From contig JBHGNT010000022.1 in the NCBI GenBank assembly GCA_043228905.1, positions 2,976,001 to 3,040,000 of the forward strand: 64,000 nucleotides of DNA. The letters run 5' to 3'. The notes under the pieces are model-generated. The model searched no databases, was not told where the DNA came from, and saw nothing but the letters and a program-made list of their open reading frames with translations. The first letter of the stretch is position 1, and every line of letters starts with the position of its first letter. This DNA comes from Azolla caroliniana. Taxonomy: Eukaryota; Plantae; Polypodiophyta. The translations under genes and the position numbers were made by a program. This document shows, piece by piece, positions 22,101 to 34,841 of this stretch.

Positions 22101-22774
22101 CAAAGGTGTCCCAAATGCAAAACTGATAGTTCTATTCATAGTGATAATTTCTTTTAATTAATAGAGTGAAAGTATATGAGGATATGTTCAATAGTGCATT
22201 GCCCATGCTCCTCAGCAAAAACCTACAATTTACATATGACAGAATAATCCAGATTTAAACATCAAGATGTAGTTTTTGGTTCAGACATTCATTGGACCAG
22301 GGAGGGCAATACGGATTTCGATTCATGCCAAAATTCAGCACACAAGAGGATCCTTAAATGTTCATTCTTGTAGGGATAAATTCCAGACCTAAAATATAAT
22401 GGATGTTTTTTATGACAACAATGATTCAAGCATTAAGATACATAACACATTGATTCATGAAATACCAAAAACTTTGCCAAGAAACAATTCCAGATCTTTT
22501 TTGTTGCATTCAACATAGTGATTATGATGTTATATTGATTTATTCATGCCAAGATTGGACACTAAATTTCAGATATTTTTTATCACAACAATGATTCATG
22601 AAACACAACCATCTTTGCCAAGAAAGAATTGCAGATATTTTTTGTTGCATTTGGCACATCCCTTGTGATGTTATATTGATTAATTCAAGCCAAGGCTGGA
22701 CATTAAACATAAGAATCGACAATAAGATTTTCTGGAATCTTGGAAAATTCCCCCAAAAATCTTCAATTCACAAC

Positions 22775-24786
22775 TTAAAAGCTGTGCCATTCTGACAATG
22801 GGATGGTCTCCAACTCCATGGTGCTCATGCTCATATCAGTATATCTATCACCTTTAGCACATTGGCTATGGAATATGGCTTCTAAATCTTCGATATCTTT
22901 CTTGGAGAGTTTAACATTGAAACAGCCCACATTCTCCTCCAAGTTCTTTTTCCTGGTTGTGCCTGGAATGGGAGCAACATCATCCCCTTGATGCTGTACC
23001 CATGCCAATGCAAGCTGGCCTGGTGTACACCCAACTCTAGAAGAAATCTCATTCAACTTCGCAAACAGCTCCACGTTATGGTCCAGATTGTCAGAAGCAA
23101 ATCTTGGTTGTGATGTCTAAATAACAATAAGAAGATTAAGGTTTAGCTAAATAATGCAAAAGAATTCCATTATAAGTTTTTTCTTAATCTTGGTTGTGAT
23201 GTCTAAACAACAATAAGAAGATTAAGGTTTAGCTAAATGCAGAAGGCTTCCATTATAAGTTTTTTCTTGAAATGGGAAAACATCCTCACTAACCTTTCGC
23301 ATATCATTGTCAGTTAAGTTTTCTAGAATCTTCTGTCCAGCTGAGAAAAACCCTCGTCCTAGTGGACTAAAAGGCACAATACCAATACCCAGCTCCCTGT
23401 AATCACATGATTCTCAAAACCCTAAAAGAAAAGAAAAAACTCTAAAACACAAATCAAAACACTAGAAGAATCCAACAATCATTACCAAAACACAAACAAA
23501 TCAGGGAAGGAACAAAACACTAAAAGTAAAAAAACCCTAAAATACAAATCAAAACACTAGAAGAATCCAACAATCATTAGCAAAACACAAACAAATCAGG
23601 GAAGGAGCAAAAACCTGCAAGTCGGAATGATTTCTCGTTCTGAATCACGAGTCCACAATGACCATTCCAGTTGAACAGCCGTAATTGGGTGTATTGCATG
23701 AGCTCTCCGGATAGTAGAAGCTGAAGCCTCAGAGAGGCCCAAGTACTTTATCTTCCCTTCTTCAACGAGCTTTTTCATCTCTCCAATCTAGGCATAGAAA
23801 CAATGGCTTCCCACAAAAAATGAGCTATTACACCACACAATGGCTACTGCTACTCTAGATCAAACATTTCCTTCTTTCCAAAGGAACTCTTCTCAATTTA
23901 CCGTAACCTCGATCGGCACTCTAGAATCGATGCGATGAACATAGTATAAATCGATATAATCCACATCCAATCTCCGTAAGCTTGCTTCACAGCATGATCG
24001 AACATAGCTCGGGTCTCCTCGGAAAACACGTTTTCCATCCTCATAACAAATGCCGAATTTGGTGGCTAGCTGAACTTTATGCCGAATGCCTTTCAAAGCC
24101 TGCCATGTACCAAATACAACAAATCAACGACTATGGAAAATCTATGGGAAAAACGCCAGTGGTGAAAACCTCCTAGAAATTCTATATTCAAGAAAATTCA
24201 ATCCCCCCCTAAAGTCAGTTCTATGGGAGAAGTGTGCCTTATGATTATGAAACTCAGCTGCAAAACATGACTAACCTTATAATGGTGGCTTTAGTGTAGA
24301 TTTTCTGGTCCAGAGGAATGAGTCAATAAGGTTCTTAGCACACATAAGAAGAATGGCAAAACAATACAAAAAACAAAACAGAGCAATGATTTAAAGATGG
24401 AAAGAAAACAGAGTTTGTTCAGGTTTAGCACACATAAGATAAATGAGAAAGAAATACAGACTAATGATTTAAAGAAAAAATAATAATGGTTAGGGTTTTA
24501 GCACACATAAGCAGAACGAAGGAATGAATGAATGAATGAATGAATGAAGTTAGATTTGATAGATCACCTTTCCAAGAAGGATTTCATTGGTGTGAGGGCC
24601 ATAGACATCAGAAGTGTCGAGGAAAGTGACGTTTAGCTCATTCACTGCGTAGCGAATGAGATCGATCATCTCCTCCTCAGGCTTGGGGGGTCCATAGGAA
24701 GAAGACATGCCCATGCATCCCAACCCTTGAGCAGAGACCTCGAAACCCTGCGATCCAAGCTTGATGCGAGGTATCTCCATCACCAT
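22775..24786 (-). CDS. Aldo-keto reductase (plant AKR, auxin-induced / perakine-reductase-like), 5 exons, about 344 aa
   Basis: GT-AG exons 24786-24568, 24099-23902, 23787-23615, 23396-23294 and 23116-22775 join in frame. Motifs [49 protein letters not shown]. Confidence 0.95.
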
Positions 24787-24884
24787 AGATCTCTCAGGCT
24801 CTGAGCTCTGCCTCTGTCTCTGCCTCTGGTTCTGTCTGAAACAGGGGAAGAATCATATGGCTCTGCTATTCCATTAGAGCTGGG

Positions 24885-24885
24885 T

Positions 24886-24924
<39 letters not shown>

Positions 24925-25079
24925 TCTACCCATGAAAACTCCCATTATGTAGGATTTTTTTATTTTTTATTTTTTATTTTTTATTATTTATTTATTTATT
25001 TATTTATCGATGAAAACTCCCATTATGTAGGATTTATTTATTTATTTATTTATCTATGAAAACTCCCCTTATGTAGGAT

Positions 25080-25142
<63 letters not shown>

Positions 25143-25236
25143 TCTATGAAAACTCCCCTTATGTAGGATGGATTTATTTATTTATCTATCTATCTATTTA
25201 TTTCTTTATTTATTTATGAAAACTCCCATTATGTAG
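24885..25236. repeat. Compound (TTTA)n microsatellite with five copies of ATGAAAACTCCC(A/C)TTATGTAG
   Basis: Motif copies at about 24932, 25010, 25056, 25146 and 25216, separated by TTTA tracts. Confidence 0.9.
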
Positions 25237-26990
25237 TTATAAAGGAAGGATTAGTTAAAAAACCATGTGATGATGATAAGAGCAGTAGTGAGGGAGGTAT
25301 TGGCCAAGATAAAGACCATCAATTGGTGATGAATGTGCCTCAGCTCTCTCTCTCGTTATTTCTTTCGGGGGAGTTTCAGTACAATCTTTTTTATGTAACA
25401 GTCGGCAATTGGTTCGGCTACAAAGAACCGAAGAGGCGAGGCCGGTACGAATTCGACCTATGGGGTAGCATCGGTGAAGAAGACCCATGAGAACGCCTGC
25501 CCACGCATTCCTAAGAGTTCGAGCATCGTTTCGCCCAACTCTCGATGAGGGATCGAAGATTGGTGGGGGGCTGAAATAAGGTCCTAATGTTCGTAAGGTC
25601 GATCGATCGAAAGGAAAAGGACGAAGATTCGGCCAAAATGGAAAGAGTATGTCGATGACACGACGAAAGGGAGGCACGAATCTTATCAACAATGGTGGAG
25701 CCCACTATCGATGGTCGAATGAGAACGAGACAGGTCGACCCATTGCCACCTAAGGACATGAGCTTGGCGCAAAAAGGTACTACAGTACTCAACATGGAAG
25801 CCTTCGTGAGGGAGGCTTATGAAAGCTTAAGGGTATGAGTCAAAGTTGAAGTGAAGTCTACAACGAAGCTAAAACCTACGCAAAGTGTGGACGAGGAGGA
25901 AGTCACCTCCCAACAAATGTGGATGAATGATGTGGTCGATATGAATGCCCAAATAGGTTACAACAACAGTACTACGGGAGAAGGTCTGGAACAAGTCTCC
26001 TTCTTGGCATGCGACGAAACGACGGCTAAGGATAAGGCCTATAACACAACTATGGGAAGCACCACTCCGAGAGTCGATGAGGGTTTCGAAACATGTGTTG
26101 TGCTCAAAACATTGAGAGATAACAGGACAAGCATAATCGAAGCTTACATAATCGAGGAGGACAACGAGTGTGAGGCCAAAGGTCGACAAGCCTTTGCGCG
26201 ACAAGGAGCCTTCGGTCTTTTCCGCCTTTCTGACTCCCTAATCCGAGACCCCCATGATCTCGCTCGAGTAGCACACGCACACACATTATCCCAACAATGC
26301 AATGCTTTTGTATTTGATGATAGGCATGGAGTGAAAGCATATCTACGTAAGTTGAAGGGAGTACTAATGTGGCAATTTTCTTTATTGGAGCAAGTGGAAA
26401 TTCTTTCCTCGGTGGAGTGTTCCTCTTGCCTATTGGCAATTCAACATGTTCCACTACCCATGTAGTGTAGTGTAGTGTAGCTAGTGGGTGACCATACTCT
26501 ATTGTGACACCCATTGCAAGTACTAATTTTCACACACATTTATTGATATAATTGTGTGTTTTCGCCAAAGAGAGAGAGAGAGAGAGATTGTTTTTCACGC
26601 TCTACTATTTTATAGTCAACAACAAAAAGTTACAAGAAGTTGTATTTGGATATATTATGTATGTGGTCATAACCACATCCACACACACACACTATTATTC
26701 AACCTCCCCCGTAATGGGCATACACAATGTAATCAAACTCAACTCGTCAATGCATGAATTAGCTTCAAAACCCATTTGAGTGCACAAATCTCGAAATATT
26801 GTTCATAACATCATATATGTTGTTGAGTGTTGCAATCTTGTTGATGACAATTCTCTTCTAGGTGACATATTCCCTAACAACTTATAAGGTGATCTCTATA
26901 TGTTTTGATGTCAAATGATTGATTGGATTCTTTGCCCAAAAATATTCCACCATGGTTGTCACTACATAAGGTTAGATCCGAGTTTGATTT

Positions 26991-27425
26991 TGTTGAGAAT
27001 CAAGCTCAACATAGCACAACGTGTGAACACACCTTTTAAGAATCTATGATTACTCAAAGGTCAAGAGTCACACCACTACTCTCTACACATTAACTATGTG
27101 TCATAGAATCATATTTTATGACACATAACTAATGAGTTACATATTCCCCATAACTATGAGTCTTCACATTCCCCAAGAGAGAGTGGTTGTTGTAAAGTAA
27201 AGAGAGAGGGTGACTCTCCTCATACTTCATACTAAGTCGGTTGTGACTCCTTGTTATGCTACATTTTGTAAATCTCATTCTACTTGTGAAATATACACCT
27301 TCTTCTTGAGTATTCTATTTTCCTATCATTTATCTATATTGAGTTCTCTTTTCTCTCCACTCTTCTTCTCACACACATAACACACATCTATTCCGCTACA
27401 CAAGAATCATACCTGATTCTTTACA
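26991..27425 (+). mobile_element. Solo LTR (435 bp)
   Basis: TG...CA termini with a perfect 5-bp TSD GATTT (26986-26990 / 27426-27430). Its ends are the reverse complement of those of 34714-35110. Confidence 0.88.
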
Positions 27426-28596
27426 GATTTGATTTGTCAAAATGTGCCAACTAGTCAACTAAGCTATAGTGCTTCCTTGGTTTCATTGAATGTAGGTGTT
27501 CATGCTTAGTTCTGATAGCAGGCACATATTTTGCTTTGGTTTTGGAGTCCAACTAATTAATAGAGCAAAAAATAAGGAATTATTCACCAAAGAAAGGAAA
27601 GAGGGGTGCAAAACCACCTAATAACCCCCTGGCAACGACATGAAACAAACCTAAACTGAGGGTTGATTCGAGTTGTACCTTGGATCCTATGAGGATCGCA
27701 CGTGCTTAGCTAACAAGAGCCATAGCCAAACTATCATATTCTCAACATAAGTTGAGCCTCCCTGATAAGAAGGTAGTTAGCCTTCTTATATAGGCATAAA
27801 CCCTAGGCCCTATTGTGTCTCACTTTATTGCTTTATTTGAATTGGTCAAGTGATAACACAATTAATAGTTATCCCACATCGTAGAATTGAATATTACAAT
27901 TCATACCCTCGTTCCTTTTAGAATTAACCCCCAAGTACTCATCATAAGACTAAACCCATCTCGTGATTAGTTATGGTTATGCACATAACATTTAACCATT
28001 GAGGTCATTGCACACGCTTGAAGTTCTGATCCCCATGAGATTGGTTCACTTGCGAATTGGAAGAAATAGATGCAATTTTATTTCTCACTATCCAGGTATC
28101 TTGCATAGTCTAACCAAATGACCTAGTTGTTTGAGTCGAGGGTTGAATTTGATGCTCAAGTCTTGTGTGCCAATAAGGTATTTGAAGATATGTTTCACTG
28201 CATTTCAATGTGGTATGTCGGGTTTGTGCATAAATATGTTTACTTTACCAACCACGCCCACTAAATTAGGTTGAGTTGCGACCATTGTATACATCATTTG
28301 CTATCAATTTCATGTGGACCCCCTTCATTTGACCGGATGTTAGGCAATCTCTTTGAGAAAGTAGAGATCAATAGTAGTGGTGTCATTGCTGATTTGGTGA
28401 ATGCATGTTGGATCTTTCCAATATTCACAAGATTTAATCGAACTGAGAAATTCAAGTGCAAGTGTTGTTCGAGTTTGGCAAGCTCACCAACATTTTGGAA
28501 ATTGATCAACATATCAGCCACTCAGAGGGTGAGATAGATGGTTGAACCGTTGGATGTGTCTTTTGAGTATAGGCAATTAGTGAGCAACATCTCATC

Positions 28597-29018
28597 TATT
28601 ACGGGCATGGCCATATAATATCCCGTGGTGAGAATTTACCGTAGTATTCTTTACACTCTCGTTTAACCCTCACACTTATCCACGTGTATAGAATGAGGGT
28701 GAGAATTTATCGTAGTATTCTTTACACTCTCATTTAACCCTCACACTTATCCACTTTACAAGAGTTGACCCACCACAAGATAGAGTCTCGACGTAGTCAA
28801 CAAGATAATGAAATGAGGGTAGCTAGGCCTCTATTTATAGTGATACCCAAGGCCCCCAACCCTGTTCACACTTGGCCTAATGGGTTGTCTCAATCTCGAG
28901 GATTTAAAAGTAATCCTCCACTTCTTTACACTCTCATTTAACCCTCACACTTATCCACGTGTATAGAATACTACGGTAAATTCTCACCACGGGATATTAT
29001 ATGGTCATGCTCATAACA
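28597..29018. mobile_element. LTR-derived insertion with the same LTR end at both termini (fold-back-like)
   Basis: About 54-bp terminal inverted repeats and near-TSD TCATC/TCATT. The body is homologous in reverse to 55355-55620. Confidence 0.65.
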
Positions 29019-30786
29019 TCATTCGTGTAGAGGATGAGATAGATGGTTGAACCATTCAATGTGTCTTTAGAGTACATGTAGTGGTCCTCATTGCTTCAAA
29101 AAAACCCGATCGATTGCATGAAATATTCGAATTTTTGATATCGTTGTCAAGATGCCTATTTTAGGCCACATAAACTATTCTTAAGCTGGCATATTAGATG
29201 TTTCTGGTTAGGTGACACGAAACCTTCCAATTTCTCCATAGAAATTTCCTCATCAAGATCACCATGGAGGAAGACCATTTTTATATCTACTTGAAAGATC
29301 ATTGACAACTACTAGCCCAAGTAAGAATTGAATGGTTGTCAAATTCAACACTAGTGAAAAAATCTCGTCAAAATCGAAATAGTATTCTTGGGTAGAAAAC
29401 CTTTATAATTAATGTAGCCTTATACTTTGGATTGGCCAAATTAGATGTCAACTTGAGTTGGAATTGCTCGTCGATAATGCGGTAGTGGAACTAAGTCCCA
29501 TGTGTTGTTTTCTTGAGTGAAGTTCATCTCTAACTCCATAACTTGTTATTAGTGAGCCTAGTAAGTTGTTGTCGTAATGTCTTTGTATGTTCAAGGTTCA
29601 TCAGAACCTCTATAGAAAATGTCAAGTGAATACCTTTCAGGTGGATGGGATAGTCTTTCAAATTGGTGTGGTAGGATTAGACTCATCAAATCATTGTTGA
29701 CAATGTCTTTAGTATGTGTGGGGGTGGTAGCGATGGTTGTTGGTACAGTCTATGGTCTATAATCAATTGCTTATTGGGTAGTTCATCAAGTGTATTGGGT
29801 GGGGTCCTCGAGAGAAGTAGTTAGATCGACAAAAGTTACCCATTTGAGTTTGATCGAGTGTTCAAATGCTTTTTGCATTGTCGAGTCATTAAAGACAATG
29901 TCCGAACTTCAAACAATTTGTCTTGTCTTAGGGTTCCACAATCGATGACCAAAAGTTCCATCATAATCATAGCCGAGAACAATGCATTTCCTCGTGTGAG
30001 GTTCCAACTTTCCTCTCTCATCCTTTAGCATAAGGGCGAACACTTCATGTCCAAAGCTCTTGTCAAATCTTGAAGTCGAGAGGTCTACTCAACAACAATG
30101 AGTAGAGATTTTGCACAAAATCCATCAAATGGACTGGAGTTCTTCGTTATGGCAACAAATCTCTCTTGAATTGTTCGTTCAATGACGTCATTATGTTCCA
30201 GACCATAAGTTGTCATGAATTCACATTGGATGCCTCATTGTTTGTAGAGCAATGCAATTTTCATTGGGTTTGTTCTCTCCCTTCTTACAAGGTCACAAAC
30301 TTTGAAGGTAAACCAAATGTGGAGTCAACAGTAAAGGTCAATTAGCGGAAACTTAAAAACAACAATTGATGACTAATATTTATAGAGAACTTTTTGAACC
30401 TCGAAATAGTAGCTACACCAACATTCACCATTATAACAACAACAAGAAGTGATCATTTCTATTGAGAACTTGTCAAGCTCAAGGATTTGAAAACAAAACA
30501 TATCATACATACAAGACATATTCTTTTACTGAGAACTTATCATGCTCAAGGATCTTAAAACGACATCCATCGATCCATCGATCCATACATAAGACAAATG
30601 TTGTATGAAAGAGATTTTAAAACCTTGGGATCTTAAAGAAGGTGACAACGAACGACATTGAACTTTTGGTAGAAGACGTTTTCAAACTCCGGAGCCTTCA
30701 ATGGCAAGAAGAGGATGGCTAGCAAAGTGCCAAGATGACTTACCATAAAGAGAAAGATGCTTTACCATAGAGAGAAAGGATCCACT

Positions 30787-31192
30787 TAACAATTGGCAAC
30801 AGTTCTCGAACCGCGAAACCGTGGCTTAATGGTAAAAGCAGTTTGATGGTTTAGGGTTGTGAGTTAATTTTAAAAAAAAATATTTTTTTAAACAACATTT
30901 TCATTTTTAGGCCTAATTCTCACATTTTAGGAAAAATCTTTAAAATTTTGAAAAATTTAAATTTGAAATAATGAAAAATTTGAAATTTGACCTAACTTGA
31001 AACCTGAAACGGAACCATGAAATCGTGGTTTTAATGGTTTAACGGTGTGGATTTTTTGTAACGGTTCGGTTTAAACGGTTTTGATTTAAATGGTTTCGTG
31101 GTTTGGTTCAGTTTAAGTTTCAAAATGTTTAAACGGTTTGGTTTTGAGACTCTCGAACCGAACCGACCGAACCGTTATGTTGCCGATTGTTA
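30787..31192. mobile_element. hAT-type MITE
   Basis: TIR TAACAATTGGCAACA / TGTTGCCGATTGTTA, 8-bp TSD GATCCACT/GATCCAAT, and AACCG/CGGTT subterminal repeats. Confidence 0.8.
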
Positions 31193-31365
31193 GATCCAAT
31201 CCAAGTCATAGGGGCAGGGCAGACTTTGCTTTTCTCACACACCCCTCATGGAAACCAGAACTGAGCTGCACTCTGTTTTTTTCTGCATTTATGGTTTTTT
31301 GTGTGTTTGGGTTCCTATGTAAATTCAGTGTTCTCCCAAACGTGGGTCCAAGACGAAACAGGGAG

Positions 31366-31504
31366 ATGAAGAACAGATCCTTAAGGTCTTCAGCTTCAGC
31401 AACTACGCCTCTCGTGTCCAAGAGAGCATGGAGTCGTTGTGAGTAAAACAAATTTATGTTTTCTTTTTGGGCTTTAATGCTTTTTGATTCTGCTTCATAT
31501 GTCT

Positions 31505-31535
<31 letters not shown>

Positions 31536-34500
31536 GATGATGATGATGATGATGATGAAGTGGTGGTGATGGGTGGCGATTAATGTGGATGATGACTGGA
31601 TATGTCTTATGTGACCCAGAAAGAGGTTCCAAGAGTCCCATATGCAGTGGTGAGAAAGAAAAGAAAGAACTATTAATGTCCACCGGAGTCCGAAATTGAT
31701 CCATCAGACAAATCACAATTACGAATATGTGTAACATCTGGTTATGCATACTGAAAAAATAAAAATTCTAGCTGTTCAAAAGATCCATGGTAATGATCTT
31801 ACCAGATCAGGTGGCTTTACAATTGGTAATGTTTTTTGAGATGGTTTTACAAGCATAAACTACTCTGTGTGGGATGAGTGATGCCGAGGAAATATGGTAT
31901 CCAATATCAATTGGTCCGGTGAAGTGAGGTATTGACAAGGTACACTGATTGCACATGGGTGTCTTCACTCAATTCTATAATTTTGAGGCTATGGTGTAAA
32001 CTACCAAGCCAACAGCCAAAAAGAAAGAGATAGATTATTAACGTCCACGAGGATGAGGCAAGGCCGAGCCCATGGTTAGGATTGACCTCGGATTCTCAGA
32101 GAGAGATAACTGGCATAGGAGAGAGAAAACTGGCACGTACGTGTCCAGGTATCCAGAATAGAAACAAATGACAATGTACAAAAAATGTAAGAATACTTGG
32201 TGAGAGTACAATGAGAGAGGTAAATGAAGACGAGGAACCTTGGAAGGAGTTGTTGGTTTCTCGAAAGCTAGAGTATCAAATGTATTCTTATATTCTGTGG
32301 ATATACAAGTATGAGATGCATATCCAGAGAACCTCAAGAGGGATCATCTTAGCATGTTCCACTTGGGTGGAGGTTTGTAAAGGGCCCTGACATTATTGTC
32401 TCTAGGTCTTGAGTGCCAAGTACACAAGCATGAGTGTTGATCCAAAGGGATCAGTCTGTGTGACAATTCAAAAGTATGTTAAGTATTGTACTTTAACTAT
32501 TCAATAAAGGAGCGTTGAACCTCATGTTCTTGGATCAATTCCTCGTACAACTTATACTCCCACACGCAACATCTTCTCTTGGATATGTCACTCGTGGCAG
32601 GCCCAGATATGTGTGATTCCTTCATTATACATCTCATGGTCTCATACTCAATCTTATGGCATCTGCTCCTAGCCTTAGTGTCATCTATTAGAGTTATGGG
32701 TGGTATGGTTCTTGCAAAAAATTCAGTAATCTGATCTCGTCTCTATATGCCATGAGTTGATGAGTTGACTGTTGGAAAGTCTCACCTTGTCATTAGTAAA
32801 TCTAGGCCGTTACCACCCATAACTTAGATGACCCCTCTAGCGTGGACTTGTCCATATTGGAGAACTTTTGAACATAGAAGTTTCAGTCCATTCAAGCTCA
32901 TGATTTTATAGTGCTTAGTAGCAATGGGCCTGGTTTCGGCTCAAACCGAACCGTTAAGCCATGGTTTAAAGGTTTATAAGTTCCAAAATAATTTAATTAA
33001 ATGGTTGGTTTGGTTTTAATTATTAATAAACAGTTCAGTTTTAGTTCGGTTTGGTTTTGAAACTAGGGTTTATCGGGTTATAGGTTTAAGTGCTTTGGTT
33101 TAAAGGTTTATAGGTTTTTGGGCTAACTTTTTTTATCCTTTAAATGTTTATGTAATTTAATGGTTTAATTAATGTTTTTTATTGATTTAATTCATTAACT
33201 AAAATGTTTATTTAATCTAATGGCTTAATTAATGCTTATTTATTTATTTATTTAATTAAACATAAATGCTTATTTAATTTAGTGTATTTTTATTTATTTA
33301 ATTTTTTAATTAGTTTGGCTTAAACATTCTGAAATGCACATAAGAGATCAAAACCAGCCTACTTAGCTTCTTACTTCTTGCTCAATTTATACTTGATATA
33401 AAGGTACCCATTTGGGTTGGCTTAGCACACAAAGGGTGTGCTAAAAGGGTGGGTCGGCTTAGGTACATGCATCCTAAAAAGGGTATGCTAAAAGGGTGGC
33501 ACAAAGGAACACATGCACACCACATTTCCCCTCGAGAGAAACAAGAGACCGAGGAGCAGGAACAAGAACAAGCATAGGAACAGGAGCAGTGGCTTGTCGA
33601 AGGAGGGGGAGCATCTGTTGGAGATAGAGCTCCCAAGTGGCACTATCCATGTTGGCAGGTTTCGAATAGACATCAATGGACGATTTTGGTGGGAGGCAAG
33701 GGTTACGCCAATAGAGTGCTCGAAAAGGGTTGATCCATGTCAACACCTGTATGGATGTATTGTAGGTGTGGGTGACGAAAGGCAAGATTTGTGTGGCCAT
33801 CTCTTGCTTGAGGGTCTTGTTGTGGCATTCAATCAGGCCATTTGTCTGAAAAATCAATTGCTCCTGTGGACTGAGGGCCACCTGGACTTGGTTGAGGTGG
33901 GGGACAGGAGGGCTATCGTGTAGGAGGGGGATCGGGGAAAGATCAATTGGCGGAGAAAGATCAATCACTCGTGTGGACTAAGGGCCACTTGGACTTGGCT
34001 GAGGTGGGGGACAAGAAGGCTATAGGTGGATAGAGATCAATTGCCCCTGTGGACTGAGGGCCACCTGGACTTGGCTGAGGTGGGGGATAGGAGGGCTATA
34101 GGCGGATAGAGATTAATCGCTCATGTGGACTAAGAGCACCTAGACTTGGCTAAGGTGGGGGATAGGAGGGCTATCATGTCGGAGGGGGATCAGAGAAACT
34201 CGTGGGACAAGAAGTTAATGGGCAACCTAAGGTGAGGGGGAAGAGTTGGAGGGGCAAGACATAAAAGTGGTGTGAGAAAGTGAGATTGCTTAAGGTGACG
34301 ATGCAACGGGCTTGTGTGCGAGAGTGGTATAGATGTTGGTGATCGCCAAAAAGGACTTGGATGTCGGGAGCGGTGGATGTCAGGAGGCCTAACTGGTGAA
34401 CTAAGGCGGTGCTAATGGAAGAGATACTACTACCAGAGACTAACAAGATAGTGGGGGTTGAGTGATTAATCGTGGTGAGAGCGATGCACACCTACGAAGC

Positions 34501-34780
34501 GGCAGAGACGGATTCTTGGACGTGGGGGACTAATACTCCGCATCTCCACCAATATGTGAAATGCACATAAGAGATCAAAATCAGGCTACTTAGCTTCTTA
34601 CTTCTTGCTCAATTTATAGTTGATACAAAGGTACCCATTTGGGTTGGCTTAACACACAAAGGGTGTGCTAAAAGGGTGGCACAAAGGAACACATGCACAC
34701 CACATTTCCCCCCTGTAAAGAATCGATGGTGATTCTTGTGCAGCGGAATAGACTAGAGATATGTGTTGTGAGTGTGTGTA

Positions 34781-34841
<61 letters not shown>

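Noticed and set aside
24885-25236. CRISPR-like repeat-spacer appearance
   Set aside because: The spacers are TTTA microsatellite rather than unique sequence, the context is eukaryotic, and no cas genes are present.
25255-26514. ORFs of 94-204 aa upstream of the AKR gene
   Set aside because: No recognisable domain or splice structure. Probably decayed TE sequence, which I cannot assign.
27430-30780. Possible decayed gypsy gag/pol relic
   Set aside because: The motif echoes are too weak to support boundaries or a family.
32375-32565. Short TG...CA segment resembling a small solo LTR
   Set aside because: No TSD and no second copy in the window.
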